20,696 bases of DNA from a virus. Below are positions 16,294 through 20,696 of this stretch, one piece after another (the first letter of the stretch is position 1; every line of letters begins with the position of its first letter). The DNA lies in IMG/VR virus record IMGVR_UViG_3300022699_000217, positions 1 to 20,696 of that record; one strand, written 5' to 3'. Made by a program: the position numbers and the translations under genes. The notes beneath the pieces were generated by a model. That model ran no database searches and was not told the DNA's origin. It saw only the letters and a program-made list of their open reading frames with translations.

Positions 16294-16926
16294 GTGGGAA
16301 CGACGGCGACCATCTATGCAGCAAACCAAGAGGATTCGCAGGATGTCCTGGGTTCGACGATCTCCAACCTCGAACCGAACACCACCGGCTACCCGTCCAA
16401 CAACGATTATGCCCTCGCATTCCGGGTGCAGCCGAGCCTGACGCAAGCTGGGGAGCGGGTTGTAGTGGACGCGGCGACGGCGATCATCCAGGCGCTCAAC
16501 GGAAACGGCGATGGCGCGTATACGGCACAAGCGGGCGTACACGACGGTGATTGCCCGGACCTCTCCACCACCGACATTGCGCATGGGTACACCGACATCG
16601 GGGATAGCGTGTCCCCCGTGTCTCCATCGACGCACAATGCCGACGACACATGGACAACGCCATCCCTTGTCGCTGCGGTGCAAGCGTGGTTTGAACGAGC
16701 TGGCTATGCGTCGGACGACTACCTGGGGATCTGGTGGCAGGGCGGTGACTCGGCGAAGAACGAATACTGGGATTGCTACCGCGCGGACAGCCCCACGGAT
16801 GCGACCAAGGGGCCGCGCGTTTCGCTGACCTACCACAAGGCGAGCAAGGCGAAGTGGAACGGCGTCGCGAATGCCAACATAGCGGTCAACGGCGTGGGGT
16901 CGGACAACCTGAACCCGATACAGTAG
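16294..16926 (+). CDS. DNRLRE/CBM96-like beta-sandwich virion protein, 210 aa
   Basis: GTG start with GGGGTG RBS. ALAF..V..AT..W.TPSL..AVQAW..GY..P.VSLTY pattern, and C-terminal WNGV..NI.VNGV. Confidence 0.55.
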   Translation: MGTTATIYAANQEDSQDVLGSTISNLEPNTTGYPSNNDYALAFRVQPSLTQAGERVVVDAATAIIQALNGNGDGAYTAQAGVHDGDCPDLSTTDIAHGYTDIGDSVSPVSPSTHNADDTWTTPSLVAAVQAWFERAGYASDDYLGIWWQGGDSAKNEYWDCYRADSPTDATKGPRVSLTYHKASKAKWNGVANANIAVNGVGSDNLNPIQ

Positions 16927-16935
16927 GAGCGAGCG

Positions 16936-17508
16936 ATGGCAAGGCAGATCATATTAGGGCGCGAGGTGGTCGATCACTTCCCGGTGTACGAGGCTGACGG
17001 CGTCACGAAGAAATCGGGCGAGACGGTCTTCACGGTGCGCTTTTGGCACGAGGGGGTCGTAGCGGCGCCTGCGTACACCATCGCGGAGATCGGCGTGACC
17101 GGCGAGTATGCGCTATCGTTTACGCCGTCGGCGGCCGGGGCGTGGAGCGTGGAGGTGGTTGTCGCGTATAACGATGACATCTTCGCCGCAGAATACGATG
17201 TGCGCAAACCGGCATTGTCCGTGGCGATAACGGGCGCAGACGATACGAGCGACGTCGTGTTCGGCCTGTGGGGCGAGGTGGATGGCGAGCGCGTGGATGA
17301 CATGGATGCCATGGCGGTCGTGATCCGCGACACCGCAGGCACCGAGGTGGTCGATCTGGGCACGAACAACACCCCGACCGCGGATGGCGTGTTCGCCTTT
17401 ACCACGCCCACGGCGACCCTGGCGCCCCAAACGGCGTACCTTCTCGACGTAACCGCGACACGCGGGAGCCTCACGTGGTACGCTCAGATAGGGTTTGCAA
17501 AGGCGTGA
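16936..17508 (+). CDS. Virion protein with two Ig-like beta-sandwich domains, 190 aa
   Basis: AGGAG RBS. IAEIG.TGEYALSFTP...GAWSVEV and DGVFAFT...AYLLDVTA are Ig-like strand patterns. Confidence 0.55.
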   Translation: MARQIILGREVVDHFPVYEADGVTKKSGETVFTVRFWHEGVVAAPAYTIAEIGVTGEYALSFTPSAAGAWSVEVVVAYNDDIFAAEYDVRKPALSVAITGADDTSDVVFGLWGEVDGERVDDMDAMAVVIRDTAGTEVVDLGTNNTPTADGVFAFTTPTATLAPQTAYLLDVTATRGSLTWYAQIGFAKA

Positions 17509-17511
17509 GCG

Positions 17512-17676
17512 ATGATACTGAGCAGCAACTTGTTAATCGTAGGACAGCCGGAAGTGAGGCGTGGTGCGGGTTCCCCGGAGCGGCCCGAGCCAACCTCGGC
17601 GGTGGAGATGAAGCCCAAACCGCAGTCGGCGGTGGAGATGAAACCGCGGATCGGGTCCGTGGTCGAGGAGTCCTGA
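17512..17676 (+). CDS. Small 54-aa ORF with 10-aa repeat (P.P.SAVEMK), below the ORF-track cutoff
   Basis: MILSSNLLIVGQPEVRRGAGSPERPEPTSAVEMKPKPQSAVEMKPRIGSVVEES*. Fills the gap between stop 17508 and start 17678. A 17-bp direct repeat at 17596 and 17626 has a 30-nt period. Confidence 0.55.
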   Translation: MILSSNLLIVGQPEVRRGAGSPERPEPTSAVEMKPKPQSAVEMKPRIGSVVEES

Positions 17677-17677
17677 T

Positions 17678-18703
17678 ATGGCGACGGTGAAGATTCGGTG
17701 GACCGTGGGGGATCTTGCGAACGTGATGAGCCTGTACGACGTCCAGCGGGTGTGGCGGTCGCCGTCGCTGTCGCCTGCGAGCTGGACGGAGATCACCGGG
17801 CTGGCAACGCGGGTGCCGTTGGTCGTCGGGCAAACTTCGTACCTGTTCGACGACACGACGGGGGACCCGAGCTATTACTACGCCGTCAGCTACTACAACA
17901 GCGTCACCACCCTGGAGTCGAACCTCTCCGACCCGATGCGGGCGGACCTATCCGGCTATCTGACCGTCCAGGATGTGCGGGACGAGGGCTTCACGGCGGC
18001 GATGGTGAACGACGCTTCGGTTATCCGCGGCATCCAACGTGCCACGGCGATCATCGACCGAGTTACGCGGCAGTGGTTCGAGCCGCGAGTGCGCAGCTTT
18101 CGCCTCGATGGGCACCAGGGGCAGGACCTCCTCTTGCAGATGCCGATCATCGCGATGACCAGCCTTGCGCTGGTGGACTACCGTGGCGAGCTGGACCCCA
18201 TCGATTCCGATGACGTCTGGGTCTACAATCGGCATCTCACGCAAGGGCTGTTGAACCCGGATGATCGTCACAACCCGCGCATCTCATGGCGGGACTTGCT
18301 TCCGGCGGGCATCCGCAGCGCACGTCGCGCGGAACGCAAGTGGGTGAAGGGACGCGGGAACATCTACGTCTCCGGCGTGTTCGGGTACACGGAGCTCTCC
18401 TCGTTGTCGACGCCCGCCGAGACCGCGCCGGGCTCGCAGATCCCGGTGGATTACGGCGACACACCCGAGCTGATCAAGATGGCGTGCCTCCTGCTGACGA
18501 TTCGGCAGATGTATCCCCGCGCGACGGGCGATGGCGATGCCTTCATGATGCGGGCACGGGTCATTGAGGAGCGAACGCGGGATCAGTCGTACCAGCTCGG
18601 GGATGCCTCGGAGGAGGACAACGCCTTCGGCATGACCGGCGACATCGAGGTGGATAAGATCCTGTCGATGTTCATAGCGCCCATGCAAGTGGGGGTGGTC
18701 TGA
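17678..18703 (+). CDS. Head-tail adaptor (SPP1 gp15/HK97 gp6-like) with N-terminal Fn3/Ig-like domain, 341 aa
   Basis: GAGGAG RBS. N-domain IRW..VWRS..W..YLFDD..YYYAVSYYN..ESNLS is Fn3-like. Then YLTVQDVR..I.RAT.IID..T.QWF, G.FGY and PELIKMACLLL adaptor motifs. Confidence 0.8.
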   Translation: MATVKIRWTVGDLANVMSLYDVQRVWRSPSLSPASWTEITGLATRVPLVVGQTSYLFDDTTGDPSYYYAVSYYNSVTTLESNLSDPMRADLSGYLTVQDVRDEGFTAAMVNDASVIRGIQRATAIIDRVTRQWFEPRVRSFRLDGHQGQDLLLQMPIIAMTSLALVDYRGELDPIDSDDVWVYNRHLTQGLLNPDDRHNPRISWRDLLPAGIRSARRAERKWVKGRGNIYVSGVFGYTELSSLSTPAETAPGSQIPVDYGDTPELIKMACLLLTIRQMYPRATGDGDAFMMRARVIEERTRDQSYQLGDASEEDNAFGMTGDIEVDKILSMFIAPMQVGVV

Positions 18704-19188
18704 TGGCGTATCGCGGGCGGCTCATCCAGAAGTTCGTCGCCGTCATCCGGCGGTTGGATGCGGCGGCCATCCGCACGGCAGGGGACTACGATGATGACTT
18801 CCGCGTGACGGTGCCCGGTGGTCGGCAGGAGCTGGATGCGGTGCGAGTGCCGTGCCAGCTTGACCGGCGGACGTGGGGCCGGGACGAGATGACGCCGTCG
18901 GGGCATGAAATCCACGCCGACATCATCGTGACCCTTCACTGGCCCGATCTGGAGCGGCTTTCACTGATAGATTCAGATGGTAAGCCGATGATCGCCATGG
19001 GCGACCGCATCGAAGCCATCGAGACGCGGGCGGGCGCGACCGAGGTGGCATTTGAGAACCCACCCGGCATGTTCATCGTGCACCAGGAGCGCTCGGGGCA
19101 TGGGCTTGCCGCGTTTGGAACGCCTCGGACTAACCTGCTTATCCTGTACTGTGCCTTCGCGGCGTCATCGGAAAGGCGGGCGATATGA
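18703..19188 (+). CDS. Putative head closure/stopper protein (SPP1 gp16-like), 161 aa
   Basis: Lies between adaptor and neck genes with TGATG coupling. YDDDFR..VPCQL..I.MGDRI pattern. Confidence 0.6.
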   Translation: MAYRGRLIQKFVAVIRRLDAAAIRTAGDYDDDFRVTVPGGRQELDAVRVPCQLDRRTWGRDEMTPSGHEIHADIIVTLHWPDLERLSLIDSDGKPMIAMGDRIEAIETRAGATEVAFENPPGMFIVHQERSGHGLAAFGTPRTNLLILYCAFAASSERRAI

Positions 19189-19787
19189 GCAACCTGACAC
19201 TTGAAGTGAAACCGCAAGACTTTGGGCACGCCCGAGCGCAGCTTGATCGGCTTGGCAGGCGCTTGCCGGGCGCGGTGTCCCAAGCCATCGGGTATGAGGC
19301 GGCGGTCCTCGCTGGGGATATGCGGCGGGGCATTCGCTCCGGCGCGCCCGGCGGGCAGCGATTCCGCCCGTTGGCGGAGTCCACGAAGAAGATGAAGAAA
19401 TCGTCCAAGCCGCTGATCAACCATGGCGATTTGCTGCGGAGCATCAAGTACGAGCAGGTTTCGCGGCAGCGGTACGAGACTACCTATTTCGTCGGTGTGA
19501 ATCGGAAGGAGCGCAACCGTGATGGCAAGAGCCTTGCCAACATCGCAGAGATCCACGAGTTCGGCACGCGACCGTACAAGATCCAGGTGACGCCGAAGAT
19601 GCGAAGGTTCTGGTTTGCGATGTACCGGGCGGGGGTCTTTGTGGCTCCGTTGAGCCCGAAGAAGACGATCATCCACCACCCGGGCATTCCTGAGCGCCCA
19701 TTCTTGCGCCCCACGTTCGATGCCTGGAAGGGTGATGCGGAGGCGCGGATCGTGAAACGTATCAGCAGGATGCTTAGGCTGTCCTGA
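19185..19787 (+). CDS. Neck/virion morphogenesis protein (HK97 gp10/Mu gpG-like), 200 aa
   Basis: PLAEST..K.SSKPLINHGDLLRSI, IAEIHEFGT and HPGIPERPFLRP motifs. Confidence 0.85.
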   Translation: MSNLTLEVKPQDFGHARAQLDRLGRRLPGAVSQAIGYEAAVLAGDMRRGIRSGAPGGQRFRPLAESTKKMKKSSKPLINHGDLLRSIKYEQVSRQRYETTYFVGVNRKERNRDGKSLANIAEIHEFGTRPYKIQVTPKMRRFWFAMYRAGVFVAPLSPKKTIIHHPGIPERPFLRPTFDAWKGDAEARIVKRISRMLRLS

Positions 19788-19798
19788 CAGGAGGCCCG

Positions 19799-20696
19799 AT
19801 GGCTGTTCCCACGTTTACCAGCATTACGCCCGCCGCAGGGAAGACCCAAGGCGGCAACGTCGTCGCTATCGCCGGGACGGGATTCCGAGTGCCGGTCGTG
19901 CCGGCCACGGGCTACCTTGGGGGCGATGCGCAGCGAACAGTCAAGGTGGAGTTCCAGGGTGTCGAGGCCCCGTGGGCGGAAGCGGCGACGACCTCGCTGT
20001 TGTATTGCCGGGTGCCCGAGTGGGTCGGGGCGCACAGCGGGTTTCCATTGGATCTGGATGTGCGCATCGCAAACCTGGATGACAGCGGCGTGGAGATTGC
20101 GGGCGAGGCCGTGACGGCGCTTGATGCGTATACCATCGACCGGCCGGACTTTACCGCAGAGTGCTACATGACGCGGGTGGTGCGCGAGCTGCTGCGCTTG
20201 CTGAAGCGGCATCTCATGTCGAACGTGGCGATTACTCTTGGGCGGGACTACGACCAGGACACGACCGATTGGGAACGCCTGCGGGCGAGCGCGCCGTGCC
20301 TGCAACTGTTCGGGCCGTTGACCCCCATCAATCGGTTCTACAGCATCAACCGGGAGGATGTGCAGGAGGATCCGCTCGACAGCGATGCCTACTACCGCCG
20401 GAACGTGCCGGTCACGGTGGATCTGGATTTCGACGTGCAGGTGTGGGCACGCACGCCGATGGAGCTCCAGGCGATTAGCCAGGCGTTCCTGCTTCTGTTC
20501 CGCGACATCGTGGAGATCTCGGTCCTGCGGGACCCGGCCCAGCCGTCGCTCGGGTCGGTGTCCTACGAAATTGAGATTCCATGGAACGGCTATCCCGGGC
20601 ACAACCTGGAACCCAACTTCAGCGACCTGTTTCGGTTCGAATCGCGGCTACTGATCCGAGGCGTGCATCTCGATGATGAAGCTGGTACGATTATTG
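19799..20696 (+). CDS. Tail terminator-like protein with N-terminal IPT/TIG domain (3' partial, absent from the ORF track)
   Basis: AGGAGG RBS, ATG 19799, open to the window end. MAVPTFTSITPAAGKTQGGNVVAIAGTGF..VKVEF..LYCRVP is IPT/TIG-like. Later PVTVDLDFDVQVWART..EL is terminator-like. Confidence 0.75.
   Translation, partial: MAVPTFTSITPAAGKTQGGNVVAIAGTGFRVPVVPATGYLGGDAQRTVKVEFQGVEAPWAEAATTSLLYCRVPEWVGAHSGFPLDLDVRIANLDDSGVEIAGEAVTALDAYTIDRPDFTAECYMTRVVRELLRLLKRHLMSNVAITLGRDYDQDTTDWERLRASAPCLQLFGPLTPINRFYSINREDVQEDPLDSDAYYRRNVPVTVDLDFDVQVWARTPMELQAISQAFLLLFRDIVEISVLRDPAQPSLGSVSYEIEIPWNGYPGHNLEPNFSDLFRFESRLLIRGVHLDDEAGTII

Larger units (their letters stand above)
1..20696 (+). mobile_element. 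Tailed dsDNA phage/prophage head and neck morphogenesis module (both ends lie outside the window)
   Basis: Co-oriented, translationally coupled genes in canonical order: protease, scaffold, major capsid protein, decoration, adaptor, closure, neck, tail terminator. No host housekeeping genes or att sites, so free phage versus prophage cannot be decided. Confidence 0.95.

Noticed and set aside
7092-17508. Diversity-generating retroelement acting on the lectin/fibre genes
   Set aside because: No reverse transcriptase and no template/variable repeat pair differing at adenines is visible in this window; one elsewhere in the genome cannot be excluded.
15787-17676. Four consecutive ORFs in one frame separated by single stops, suggesting stop-codon recoding
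   Set aside because: The stops differ (TGA, TAG, TGA), two of the junctions have their own RBS, and TGA/TAG act as normal stops elsewhere in the window. Chance is sufficient.
1-20696. Tailocin, extracellular contractile injection system or encapsulin locus
   Set aside because: Prohead protease, scaffolds, capsid protein and the full adaptor/closure/neck set indicate a DNA-packaging tailed particle.

Overview
The whole window is a single + strand, GC-rich, tightly packed (many ATGA/TGATG overlaps) morphogenesis operon of a tailed dsDNA phage or prophage. Gene order: small ORF, acidic scaffold-like protein, XkdF-type prohead protease, second scaffold-like protein, HK97-fold XkdG-like major capsid protein, fibre-like protein, two paralogous decoration-like proteins separated by a terminator, two small genes, then about 10.6 kb (12 genes) of fibre, lectin, beta-propeller and Ig-like proteins, then head-tail adaptor, head closure, neck protein and an IPT/TIG-fused tail terminator that runs off the right edge. 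The most unusual points are: (i) the large adhesin-like block sits between the capsid and neck genes rather than after the tail, suggesting a capsid-anchored adhesion apparatus; (ii) it contains an archaeal/eukaryotic-type PPAT (CoaD)-like nucleotidyltransferase with a degenerate HxGH motif; (iii) three paralogous lectin-fold genes lie in tandem; (iv) the head-maturation module appears split, with two scaffolds sharing a C-terminal WxGDLA motif. All family assignments come from motif recognition by eye and were not confirmed by database searches. No RNA genes, CRISPR array, integrase or att site is visible.
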